From Rhynchopus sp. YZ270_cl-10 (Eukaryota), in NCBI GenBank assembly GCA_964035575.1, contig OZ037845.1, positions 1,488,001 to 1,552,000 of the forward strand: a stretch of DNA of 64,000 nucleotides, given 5' to 3'. The notes beneath the pieces are model-generated. The model ran no database searches. It saw only the letters and a program-made list of their open reading frames with translations, and was not told the origin of the DNA. This document shows, one piece after another, positions 47,518 to 58,300 of this stretch. Made by a program: the position numbers and the translations under genes. Numbering within the stretch: the first letter of the stretch is position 1; every line of letters begins with the position of its first letter.

Positions 47518-50409
47518 ATGCTTTTTTCAAAAATGTCGTCGAGTCTCTCATCCATAGAGCCCCAGGTCGCTCCTTCGCCACAGAACTTTCTTTTCGTGGC
47601 ATCTGTGCTGCTCTCACTGTACTCGGCAATAGCGACTGTAGCAGCGCTGGCGATGCAGGACAGTGTCGAGATGTGGGTGTGGTTTGCATCGTTCCTGCCC
47701 ATAAGTTTGTTTTTTGCAGTGTCGTCGTTCGTGCTGCACCGTCACAAACGCAATGCACGTATCATGCATGCGTGGCTGCTGACAACAAGCATGCTGGTGC
47801 TGTATGCAGACCACATATCGAACCATCTCTACGAGGTGTGGCTGCTAAACCTTATGGTCGTTGTGCTTGCCGTCATTGTGGGGGATGCGGCCGTGCTTGG
47901 TGTTGTGTGTGCGGTGCTTGTGGTGAGCATCACTGTTACGACGGTGTGCGAGGTGTCGTCGTGCGAGGAGTTCGACTTCTTTGCCTCTTCGCAGGAGTAC
48001 CACGTGCAGTGGAATGTGGGCTGGCCGTTGTTGGTCACACGCCTTTTGTTTTCTGTGCTGCTTGTCGTGACTGTGCGGCGTGTGACGGCCCTGCGTGCGT
48101 CTTCCGAGCAGTCGACCAACATTGCCATGGAAGTTGTTGACCTGCTCGTGAGCCATGACATAGACGGTGCATACGCAAAGCTTTCTGGGGAGGAGGGTGT
48201 GCATGTATCGTCACTGTACAAGCTCATAAGGACACTGCAGCCCGTTTCTACGGAGGCAAGTCTTTTTGTGCAGGTGACCGATACGGTACACCAGGACGAC
48301 TTTTCCACCGCACCGCGCACCGGCACGCTGCGACCCAAGACCAGTTGGGTGGCGGGCTTGGGGATCGACGTAGGATCACTCTCGCGATCCGCACGTTCCG
48401 CTGGGCCTGATAACTCGTTGTCGATGGACGTCGGGTATGTCATATGCTTGATGTTTTGTTCACCACTACCACATCACATCACATCACATCGCAGGGAGGA
48501 GACCGAGTTGACAGTGGAGCTTCCCCGCCTGAAGACGAGCAGAGCCACCGTGCTCCTCATCGATCTCACGACAAACGGCAACCACACGAATGAGTCCGTC
48601 CATGTGATGCGTGGTGTGGTGACCCAGGCGTGTGCAGCGTTGGCCCGGCATTCGGGTGATGTGGTGGAGATACGTGCGAACCAGGTGCTAGCGTCGTGGA
48701 ATGTGATGAAAGCAACTGCGACCCACGCAAAGTCAGCGTGCCTAGCGGCGCGTGTGTTGATGGATGTGCTCAACGGACACGAGTTTCACTGGTGGTCCAT
48801 CACACTTTCCAGCGGGCTTGTGGACAGCTTCGCAACAGGTCCGCTGAATGCGCAGGTGATCTCAGGGATGCCTGTGGAACAGGTGCGGTCCATGTCGCCG
48901 TTGTCACTGACGATGTGCTGCCCAATCCTTGTGAGCCAAATAACGAAAGGGTTGGTGGGTGACGAGTTTTTGTTCCGTGCTATTGACGTTATATCGTATG
49001 CACCTCCAAGCTCACTGACCCAAGTTGGGGACAACGCGAACAGTGTGCTGACGGTGTACTCGCTGACAGTGGGGATGTCAGCACGGGATGTGGCGCTTTT
49101 CAACCAAGGATTCTCCCACTTCTGCAGTGGGCGATACACTGATGCACTTAACGTCTTCAAGCGTTTTGCAGAGAGTGTCCCGCACGATCTGCAGGCCAAG
49201 CGTATCGTAGCAATGGCAGAAGGGGTGTTGGATGAAAGCCTGTGTTTGCCGAATCCCTACATGAGGGAAATGCTAGAGTGGGAGAACTACGAGAACAAAG
49301 CAGTGTTTGGAGAGAGCAAATGGAGAGAGACACCAGCGCAGGAGGTTGGTCTACCGAAGCTGCAGTCAGTTCTTAGGGCCGATAAGGTTGAACGGCAGAT
49401 ACGTGCCATCTCTACCCCTCAGTCGCCAGCTCCTTCGGACAGCTCTGATTCAGAAGACTCATCGTGTATGCTTCCTCTGGTGCTGCGGGATCAGCGCGCT
49501 GCTCTCTACTTCAGATCCGACAAAGTACTCGGTGTGGGTGCACACGGGTCGGTGTGGCAGGGCATGTGTTCAAATGGCACACTGTCCGCACTGAAGTACA
49601 TACCTATCCCGAAGCAGCAAAACAGAACAACCCTGCCGAAGTGTGATGTACCATCAGCAGCCTCGTCGCTGTCCAGCTCAACTGCAACAAGGCACATCGC
49701 CCTGACTGTTCCATCTCCACGGGAGGGGGCTGCGCGCGCAATGCCCCCTCCGTCGCCACGTCGTGAGGAGACGAATAAGATTGTGCAGGAGATCATGATG
49801 CTGAGCCAGCTGGAGCACGAGAACATCGTCTCCTACCTCGGGTACTGCATGTCGTCGACGCACGTCACCATCTGCATGGAGTGTGCGAACAGCGGGTCTC
49901 TGGCGCAGATTGCGACGCAGTTCCGCGAACTGCCTGACAGTGCCGTGGCACGCTTCACACGCGACATCACCAACGGCTTGGTGTATCTCCACATGAAATA
50001 CGTTGTGCATGGTGACCTTAAGCCTGGGAACGTGCTCCTCCTCAGCGATGGCACCTGCAAACTCACTGATTTCGGGACAGCACGCATCGGGCTGAAGACT
50101 TCTGAATGCCTGGGCACACCAACGTACATGAGCTACGAGGCAGCGATGGGTGTGATCACGCCTGAGAACGACCTGTGGGCTCTGGGTGTGACGATTGCGG
50201 AGCTGCTGGAGGGGTGCCTTCCGTTCCCACAGGAGCTGCGTGGACTCTCGCAGATGCAGTTCTTAAGAAAGGTGCAGAAGGGCGAGGCGATACCAATTAC
50301 GTCAAAGCTGGACACCGCCTCGGCTGACTTTGTGCGGCAGTGCCTTCATCGTGACACGGATGCGAGGCCGAAAGCCAACACAATGTTGCTACACGCGTTC
50401 TTGCTTTGA
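47518..50409 (+). CDS. Multi-pass membrane protein with a degenerate nucleotide-cyclase-like domain and C-terminal STE/MAPKKK-like kinase; probable intron 48435-48494
   Basis: ~6 hydrophobic helices; ATVLLIDL...GDVVEIRANQVLASWN...AKSACLAA cyclase-fold-like segment; kinase motifs GVGAHG, ALK, HENIVSYLG, HGDLKPGN, DFG, GTPTYM, DLWALG. Confidence 0.9.
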   Translation: MLFSKMSSSLSSIEPQVAPSPQNFLFVASVLLSLYSAIATVAALAMQDSVEMWVWFASFLPISLFFAVSSFVLHRHKRNARIMHAWLLTTSMLVLYADHISNHLYEVWLLNLMVVVLAVIVGDAAVLGVVCAVLVVSITVTTVCEVSSCEEFDFFASSQEYHVQWNVGWPLLVTRLLFSVLLVVTVRRVTALRASSEQSTNIAMEVVDLLVSHDIDGAYAKLSGEEGVHVSSLYKLIRTLQPVSTEASLFVQVTDTVHQDDFSTAPRTGTLRPKTSWVAGLGIDVGSLSRSARSAGPDNSLSMDVGYVICLMFCSPLPHHITSHRREETELTVELPRLKTSRATVLLIDLTTNGNHTNESVHVMRGVVTQACAALARHSGDVVEIRANQVLASWNVMKATATHAKSACLAARVLMDVLNGHEFHWWSITLSSGLVDSFATGPLNAQVISGMPVEQVRSMSPLSLTMCCPILVSQITKGLVGDEFLFRAIDVISYAPPSSLTQVGDNANSVLTVYSLTVGMSARDVALFNQGFSHFCSGRYTDALNVFKRFAESVPHDLQAKRIVAMAEGVLDESLCLPNPYMREMLEWENYENKAVFGESKWRETPAQEVGLPKLQSVLRADKVERQIRAISTPQSPAPSDSSDSEDSSCMLPLVLRDQRAALYFRSDKVLGVGAHGSVWQGMCSNGTLSALKYIPIPKQQNRTTLPKCDVPSAASSLSSSTATRHIALTVPSPREGAARAMPPPSPRREETNKIVQEIMMLSQLEHENIVSYLGYCMSSTHVTICMECANSGSLAQIATQFRELPDSAVARFTRDITNGLVYLHMKYVVHGDLKPGNVLLLSDGTCKLTDFGTARIGLKTSECLGTPTYMSYEAAMGVITPENDLWALGVTIAELLEGCLPFPQELRGLSQMQFLRKVQKGEAIPITSKLDTASADFVRQCLHRDTDARPKANTMLLHAFLL

Positions 50410-50816
50410 TATGCGTACACAACTAAGGAGGGTGACTCCGTCTTGCTGTGGAGCTGAATAGCAGCAGAGAAGTGAAGCGTGTGCACGTGAGTGAGAGGTA
50501 CATTCATCTTAAAAGTTTTCTTCATTCCCGGCGGAGAACTACTAAGTTCATAAAATTTCAAGAAAGCTTTTTTCAAAAAGGTACACCCCCGTTTATTTTG
50601 CGATGTTTACTGACTTTAAAAACAGCTTCAGTAGAAGGTACAAAATCGGTTTTACGACATTCACCCAATAAAGGGAAATTACTGACGATGTCCACCCTTT
50701 TGAATACTGTATAATTCTTCCAGAAACAGGGTTACTGTTAGAAACCAATATGCCGAAAAGTTTTGATTTGCGCGGAAACAATTGCCATTTTCCTTTCACA
50801 TTTTTTGCAAAATAAA

Positions 50817-51159
50817 TCATGGTATACATAATATCTTAAAAAGATATGGGGATTTTCCCAAAAACCCCAGCGTCTTATCTTGGGGAATATTTTATCTGTA
50901 CTTGTCATACAAGTATAACGGCCGTCACGACGGGGAAAAATTTTTTTTTTGTCGGGGATGGTGTGACCTATACAGGGGTAGTGGTATACCTTAGAAGGAC
51001 CTTTTTTACACCTTTTTTTTGGGGGGTGCTAAAATTATTGGCTCGCGAAAAAAACCCACCCAAACACTAAGATCTTAATTTTTTGGGGGGAAACCCTAAG
51101 ATCGTAAAAAACAGGGGTTTTTCTTCCATATCTTAGTTAAGATCTTATGTATACCATGA
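50817..51159. mobile_element. Probable MITE
   Basis: 15-bp perfect inverted ends TCATGGTATACATAA / TTATGTATACCATGA; no TSD seen. Confidence 0.55.
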
Positions 51160-51241
51160 CATATTAAATAGAAAAAACATGGGTGTCATGTACAAAGTAC
51201 GTTTCCACTTTTTTTTCATGTACTTCACGTACTTGATAGTT

Positions 51242-51318
51242 TCTTCTTCTTCTTCTTCTTCTTCTTCTTCTTCTTCTTCTTCTTCTTCTTCTTCTTCTTC
51301 TTCTTCTTCTTCTTCTTC
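51242..51318. repeat. (TTC)n microsatellite
   Basis: About 25 perfect units. Confidence 0.98.
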
Positions 51319-51879
51319 CTTTTTTTGTTTTGTTTTTTTTTTACCTTTATCTCGGGGTCGGGCGAGGGGTCCCCAAAAGTGCCCAAAAATCCTCTCTTTT
51401 TTTTTTTTTTTCCCCTCCCAAAAAAAGATTTAGTTGATTTCAACTAATTGCGAACCGCACGATAACCCCCTGAACTGACAGTCAGGGAGGTCGGGAGTCC
51501 CCCAAAATTTTTTTTTAGCGATTTAGCGGTTTTGGGCTCCCGAGCTTTTTCACCCTTAAAAAGGGTCACTGGCACCCAAAGGCTCCTGGCGAAGCCACGG
51601 TACGCAACATTTCTAAAAAATGTTGACATAAAATGGCACTTTCGTTGGTAATTATCGTCAGTTCTGTAAATTTTACTTCCATATTTGCTAAACGAAAGTT
51701 TTTGGCGAAGCCACGGTACGCAACATTTCAAAAATATGCGCTTACAATTGAACATTTTTACAGCCAAACTATGCCATGGGAAGGGTGGGTTGCAAGCTTG
51801 CGCCGCAGGCGCACGGTACGCTACTTTTTTTTCTTTCTTGTATCTCTGGTGCGCGGAGGGCGGGGCCACCCCCCCTGTA

Positions 51880-52509
51880 GCATACCTTCGCAAATTGACC
51901 CTGATTTTGGGGTGGCGCTACGCGCTACGTCCCTTTTTGCGAATAGGGGTCGTGAGCCTTTTGTACAGGGAATGTTACACCCGTGTGGAGAATGTGGCCA
52001 AAAGTGCTGTTATTTGCATTTTCGGATCACTGATCTTTCCACCGTGGGGTCAATTTCGAAAATTGGACAAGTTCTTGGCACATTAAATTTCGTCAAATTT
52101 GGCCGCATGAACGTACGTACGCTATGTACGCTACGTCATGTAAGTTACGTACGCTACGTTATGTACGCTACGTCGTGTACGTTATGTGCGCTACGTACGC
52201 TATGTATGCTATGTACGCTACGTCATGTACGTTACGTATGCTACGTCATGTACGCTACGTACGCCACGTTATGTGCGCTACGTACACTATGTATGCTATG
52301 TACGCTACGTTATGTGCGCTACGTCATGTACGTTACGTACGCTATGTACGCTACGTCATGTGCGCTACGTACGCTATGTGCGCTACGTACGTTACGTTAC
52401 CGTTACGTTACGCTACGTACGCTACGTTATGCACGCTACCTTATCTCCCCCCCGCTACGTCCCCCCCGCTACGCGCTACGCGCTACGTCATAAATTTGCG
52501 AAGGTATGC
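51880..52509. mobile_element. MITE containing a degenerate TACGCTACGT/TATGTACGC tandem array
   Basis: 17-bp perfect TIR GCATACCTTCGCAAATT / AATTTGCGAAGGTATGC; array ~52110-52490. Confidence 0.75.
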
Positions 52510-53473
52510 CCTCAGGTAAAAAAGAGGTAAATTCGGGCATTATAAGCGGTTCCGACCCTCATGAATACGTCTGGGACCCTCCCAGGACCCCTAAAAGCTG
52601 CAAAAACCATACATTTCCACCCCGGGACCCCAGAAGATGTGGACTGAAGTGTTTTTCGGGTGTTTAGAAGGAGTTTTGTCTGATTGGAGAAATTTCTTGG
52701 CAAGTGTAAAATTTTAGCCCCCAAGCGTGACGCAAACGTGACGCAGTTTTTGGGCTTTTTTTCACAAAAAATCGATTTTTTTTAGACAAGAAATGCTCTG
52801 TGAAGGTCGTCAGGTGGTTTATTGGGATATATGGGTGATCCCCAGGGCGATTTGCGGCCAGGCACGCCCATTTTAGTGGATTTCTTCACCGAAATTTCAA
52901 AAAAATGGGTTTTGGACAGCAAAACGCCCTTGGTGGAACCCCCTACACCCCCCCTGGACACGTCTGAAAAACCCCCAAGGGCCCCCCCGCCACAAAAAAA
53001 TCTCTGGCCCAAACCGCTAAACCGGCATTTAGCGGTTCCAAAACCGTACCACCCGACCCCCCTGGACAACTGCCTTGCAAAGGTTGTAGGGGAGGAAATG
53101 AAAACGTATCTGAGTGTGCCCGAATTTTTGGTGTGAACGATGTAAACACGACACAACTCATCCACGGAAAAGTTTTTGATGTTGTCACCACACACTCCAC
53201 AAAAAGCCGGTGCGATCAACGAAAAATTCTTTTATTTTTCCCGCGTCAAGTACTTTTTCCCCATCTAGTACTTTCTTTATTTCAAGGAGTACTTGACGGG
53301 ATAAGTACTTTTTGTTGTCTCAAATACTTTTGACCCACAGAAAAAAAAAGGAAACGTACTTGATTTATGCCAAGTACTTTCCCTCCCTCATCCCTTTTTT
53401 TTTTTGTTCAGTTGTATTGTGTTTTATTTATAGTTGGGTGATCTATGATCGTCTCCGTGGGACACGTAACAGG

Positions 53474-53725
53474 CTGTGAGACCTTGTGAGAGCTTGTGAG
53501 AGCCTGTGAGAGCTTGTGAGACCTTGTGAGAGCTAGTGAGAGTTAGTGAGAGCTAGTGAGAGCTAGTGAGAGCTAGTGAGAGCTAGTGAGAGCTAGTGAG
53601 AGCTAGTGAGAGCTAGTGAGAGCTAGTGAGAGCTAGTGAGAGCTAGTGGGAGCTGTGAGAGCTTACTGGGAGTTAGTGAGAGTTAGTGGGAGCTAGTGGG
53701 AGCTGTGAGAGCTTACTGAGAGCTG
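53474..53725. repeat. Decamer satellite (GAGAGCTAGT and variants)
   Basis: Tandem 10-mers. Confidence 0.95.
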
Positions 53726-53733
53726 ATGACCTA

Positions 53734-54142
53734 CAGTACACAGTATACACAGTATACACAGTATACACAGTATACACAGTATACACAGTATACACAGTAT
53801 ACACAGTATACACAGTATACACAGTATACACAGTATACACAGTATACACAGTATACACAGTATACACAGTATACACAGTATACACAGTATACACAGTATA
53901 CACAGTATACACAGTATACACAGTATACACAGTATACACAGTATACACAGTATACACAGTATACACAGTATACAGTATACACAGTATACAGTATACACAG
54001 TATACACAGTATACACAGTATACATAGTATACACAGTATACACAGTATACACAGTATACACAGTATACACAGTATACAGTATACACAGTATACACAGTAT
54101 ACACAGTATACACAGTATACACAGTATACACAGTATATACAC
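53734..54142. repeat. Nonamer satellite (CAGTATACA)n
   Basis: About 45 units with a few 7-nt variants. Confidence 0.97.
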
Positions 54143-54296
54143 AATACAAACGCCAGGTGGTCTGAAGAGTGATCTGACCACATTGTCCCAGTATAACATA
54201 CGCCCAATAAATCCATTGAAGAAGGAATATTTCACGTTTGACCACCACAGAATACATGTTGCCAGCCACACCACACCACTAACAAAAAACCCCTCA

Positions 54297-54625
54297 GAGT
54301 TAGTGAGAGCTTGTGAGAGCCTGTGAGAGTTAGTGAGAGTTAGTGAGAGTTAGTGAGAGTTAGTGAGAGTTAGTGAGAGTTAGTGAGAGTTAGTGAGAGT
54401 TAGTGAGAGTTAGTGAGAGTTAGTGAGAGTTAGTGAGAGTTAGTGAGAGTTAGTGAGAGTTAGTGAGAGTTAGTGAGAGTTAGTGAGAGTTAGTGAGAGT
54501 TAGTGAGAGTTAGTGAGAGTTAGTGAGAGTTAGTGAGAGTTAGTGAGAGTTAGTGAGAGTTAGTGAGAGTTAGTGAGAGTTAGTGAGAGTTAGTGAGAGT
54601 TAGTGAGAGTTAGTGAGAGTTAGTG
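54297..54625. repeat. Decamer satellite (GAGAGTTAGT)n, left flank of the retrotransposon
   Basis: About 33 units; resumes in register at 59851. Confidence 0.97.
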
Positions 54626-55346
54626 GGGGTCTCTTTAGGATAAAATATGGGGGGAAAGGTCTTTTTTGGTTAATAGCGCCGAAAAAACGGCAGCGAGGTA
54701 TGTGGTCATGAGGGCGAGACTGGGGAAACACAACACAAAATACTGATGAAGGTGGTGGTGAGATTTCCCCGTAACGTCCTCAACCAACCTTGCCGAAGCA
54801 AGTGGTAAGCAATAACAACAAAAGGGCACGTAGCAATAGAGAAATGGTACGCGCAAAAAAAATATATCCATAGCGAAAAAGGGGGAGGGGGAAAAGACTT
54901 TCTTATTCGCGACATATTTTATCCTAGAGACCCCCCTGGCGTAGCAAAGCTACTTAAACAAGTTTACAGTATGGGGGTCTCTTTAGGATAAAATATGGGG
55001 GGAAAGGTCTTTTTTGGTTAATAGCGCCGAAAAAACGGCAGCGAGGTATGTGGTCATGAGGGCGAGACTGGGGAAACACCCGTCGCTCGTGCCCTGACCT
55101 GTGCCCAACTTTGACGCCACACTGAGGTAGCGTTCTCCACGTGAGAAGCATAATCTCCAATACTGTCTCATGACAGAAAACAACTCCGAACACAAAAAAT
55201 ATGGCACGAAAAAACGTAACGTAGGTAAAAAACAGCCCCACGCGAAACACACGCACGAAACATCAAAAACAACAACCTTGACTCGACCATTCGCACTCCG
55301 ACGACCAGAAAAAACAAAGCCACACCCTAGAAAATAGAAAAAACAT

Positions 55347-58300
55347 CTACTGCAGGACATCGTCAGACACTCTCATCCCCGACGCCTCCTCCACGACGTG
55401 ACCAAACCTGTTGGGACTCAAACTCACGCCCTGACCTGCCAGCTTCTGTCGGGACCCCCAGTCGGCGGGCATCTCGTCGGTCTTAATCCACCTGATGTGA
55501 AGGTGTGCCTTCGCTGCGGAGAGTCGCGTGCTCATCCTCCTCAGAATGGAGTTGCCCAGGCGGGTGCGGGAGTGGCCTCTCCTGAGGACATACTTCACCG
55601 CCTCGTTGTCCACGAAAAGAACGATAGCTGTGTGGCCGCCCTCCAAAGCTGCTGCCATGCCCTTCTCAGCCGCACGCAGCTCCAACACAAACATCTCTCC
55701 AGAGGTGTGCGTCGATTCCCACCGTCCGTGCCTTTCGACGCCAGAAAAAGAGTTCTGCAGCTTCGACACCCAGCCCCAGCCTGTCGTGGACGCGTCGGTC
55801 CATACTGCGATGGAGAAATGTATCGGGGGCGGAGAGGGGAAGGGAACCGTCACACAAGTCTGAATGTTCGCCACAGCGAAAGCTGCCAACTCCTCCTTCG
55901 TCGCAACGTGCATGGCCACGTCGTCATCCCATGACAGCTTCTTGCGGGAGACGAGTTGTGCTTTACTGCGCACGAACTGCAAAGTGTGGCAAAGAAAACA
56001 TAGCTTGAAATCCAGGACGTACGCGGCTCTGAACACAAGTCCGCATACCTTCCACCATTTTCGTAGGGAACAGGTCTCCAGCTTCAGGGTGTCATGAATG
56101 ATGCGTGATGACTTTAACCTCCACTCCTCTGGTAACGAAAAAGATTGCAACGGAAGGTTCCACACTATGCCGATGAAGTCAACGACTTCAGCCGGTTTAG
56201 CCATGGACTTCTTCACGTTTACCTCCGCACCCGCACGCTGCAGACGGTCACGCACAAAAGCCGTCTTAGCCGCCGCCTCAGCAGGATATGCACCCCACAC
56301 AAAAATGTCGTCAAGGTACACAACACCCCATTTGTTCAGAATGGGGCCAAGAAAAATCTCAGAAGTGTTCTGCGCGATGTACGGCGCGTACGCAAAACCC
56401 ATGGGTAGACGCGCCCATCTAAACCAACGTCCCCCAGCCTGCACACAAAAATATTTGGACACCTCGGGTGAGAGGGGGAACTGGTGGAAATACCCCTTTA
56501 GGTCGGTCTGTTGAGCAAAGCGTGCGTTTGACACCTTAAGCATTGTTGCAAGCTTGTGGGGGTTGACCAGGGAGAAAGGCTGTGGCTTGGCGATCCTTTT
56601 GTTAACAGGACGTCCATCCACCACTAGCCTCCGCAGTTGCGGGTCACTCTTCGGGACGTCAAAAACGCAAACTGCGCCCTTCTTGCGGTCAGTCCGAGCA
56701 AGAGGAATCAATACCTTCGACTTCACGCACTCCGACACAAAAGAATTTGGGATTTTTGACTTCGGGCCAGGGAGCGGGATCGGTCCAGATAAAGCATCTG
56801 CAATCTTACGTCCGGAAGTACACCACTGCAGGAAATCAGAGTCCTTCCCTACCTCCTCAGCCATCCTGCGCACGGCCTCCAACACGATTAGGCCCGTGGG
56901 GAAAGAATCAAGGCTTTTCTTTATGATGGGGGGGGGCTTGCAGAGCCCCACGGGGAAGTAGTCGGGGTCAGGCACCTCTATCCCCTCGTCGCAGACTGGT
57001 AGGGGATATTTCGCCCCGTTGATCAGTGCAGCAACTGCAGGGTCTTCAGCTCCTCCGTCTCCCTCATCCGTGCAGATACGTTCGTCGCGTTCAGGTATGC
57101 CGCTGTCTGCCCCACGTTGCTGTGTCGCAGGAGTAGACGCATTCTTTCGTTTGATGCCCCCTGCAGTTGAATCGCTTGCGCCGCTCCTCTCTTGAATGAG
57201 TGCATCCACGTCCCCTTTGGCATGACCTTGCGAATGCGCTCCATCAGCGACTCGAACTCTCGTGTGTTGCCCCCCATCACGGTGTTGTGGTGTTGCACAG
57301 TTCTCCAAAAAGACACCGCGATTGCTGTTAGAGGACCCGGAGGAAGATAGATGGGGGGGCGAGCCACCAGGACGCCCTTCTCCTTCGCAAATAGTTCTGC
57401 TCCTACCTTGATCGGCGACTCCCCTGCACAATGAATCTCGCGCCAATCCGATTTGTTCAGAAAACGTAGGTCTGGGACGCGGGACCTCGTCATGTAGGAC
57501 ATCGCAGCTAAAGCGGCGGCATGTTGGTCTCCGGCCTTGACAAGCTTGTTCACGCCGGTGATGACATCGGAGGGAGGAAGAGGTGGCGCCTGTCTCGGAC
57601 GTACCGCCGCAGATAGTCTTCTGAGCGCCTTCTTTGCCCCCAATACACGGACCGTTGCGACCCCTCTGATCCCTCGCCGCTTGCACTCTCGCAGGATCTT
57701 GCACATGTAGCCTACTACGGAGCGGGGGGCCGCCGTACGTAGCCTGCGGTGCGCGAACTGCAGAAGATGCACTTCCTTGCTCAGATGAGGAGCAGTTGCG
57801 CAGCCCCTCAGGAAATCGCTCCACACTCGTTGCACCTCTCCTTGGGTCGTTGGGGCAGTCGCGTGCAGGTGCAGTTCGTCCCACGGAATCCTCTCGTGCA
57901 TCGCCCTCCCCAGGGCCTTTCCATCCCTGATGGAGAAAAAGTTGTGGTCGACCAAATTGCGGGGACCTCCTTTCGCTCGTGGTAGCCGCGATGCGAATCT
58001 TGTCGTTGGGGAAGGTGGTGGAGACAGATTTGGAGGAGGGCATACGCCCCATCGTAGTGGTGCCGGCTCTTCTTCCGCTTGGTGCAGGCCAACGTGTAGG
58101 CTGTCTGGGCGCAAAGCTGCCTTGTTGTTCTTGTTTTGGCGCAAAGCTGCCTTCTTGTTGTTCTCTTTTGGGCGCAAAGCTGCCTTGTTGTTTGGGCGCA
58201 AAGCTGCCGAATTGTTGACCTTTTTGTCTTTGTCTTTTATCAGGCGCGAAGCTGCCAAATTGTTTTTGTCTTTGTTGTTGTTGTTGTTGTTGTTGTTGTT

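Noticed and set aside
51633..52530. 286-aa and overlapping ORFs rich in YV/TLR
   Set aside because: Translation of the TACG-type array inside a MITE.
53474..54625. Long ORFs (YTV, CIL and SIH repeats) and a CRISPR-like look
   Set aside because: Pure 9- and 10-mer tandem repeats without unique spacers; the ORFs arise from stop-free repeat units; no cas genes.
54297..54625. GTTAGTGAGA as a telomere repeat
   Set aside because: It resembles TTAGGG-type repeats, but it is internal, bounded by TIRs, and followed by unique sequence and a probable gene.
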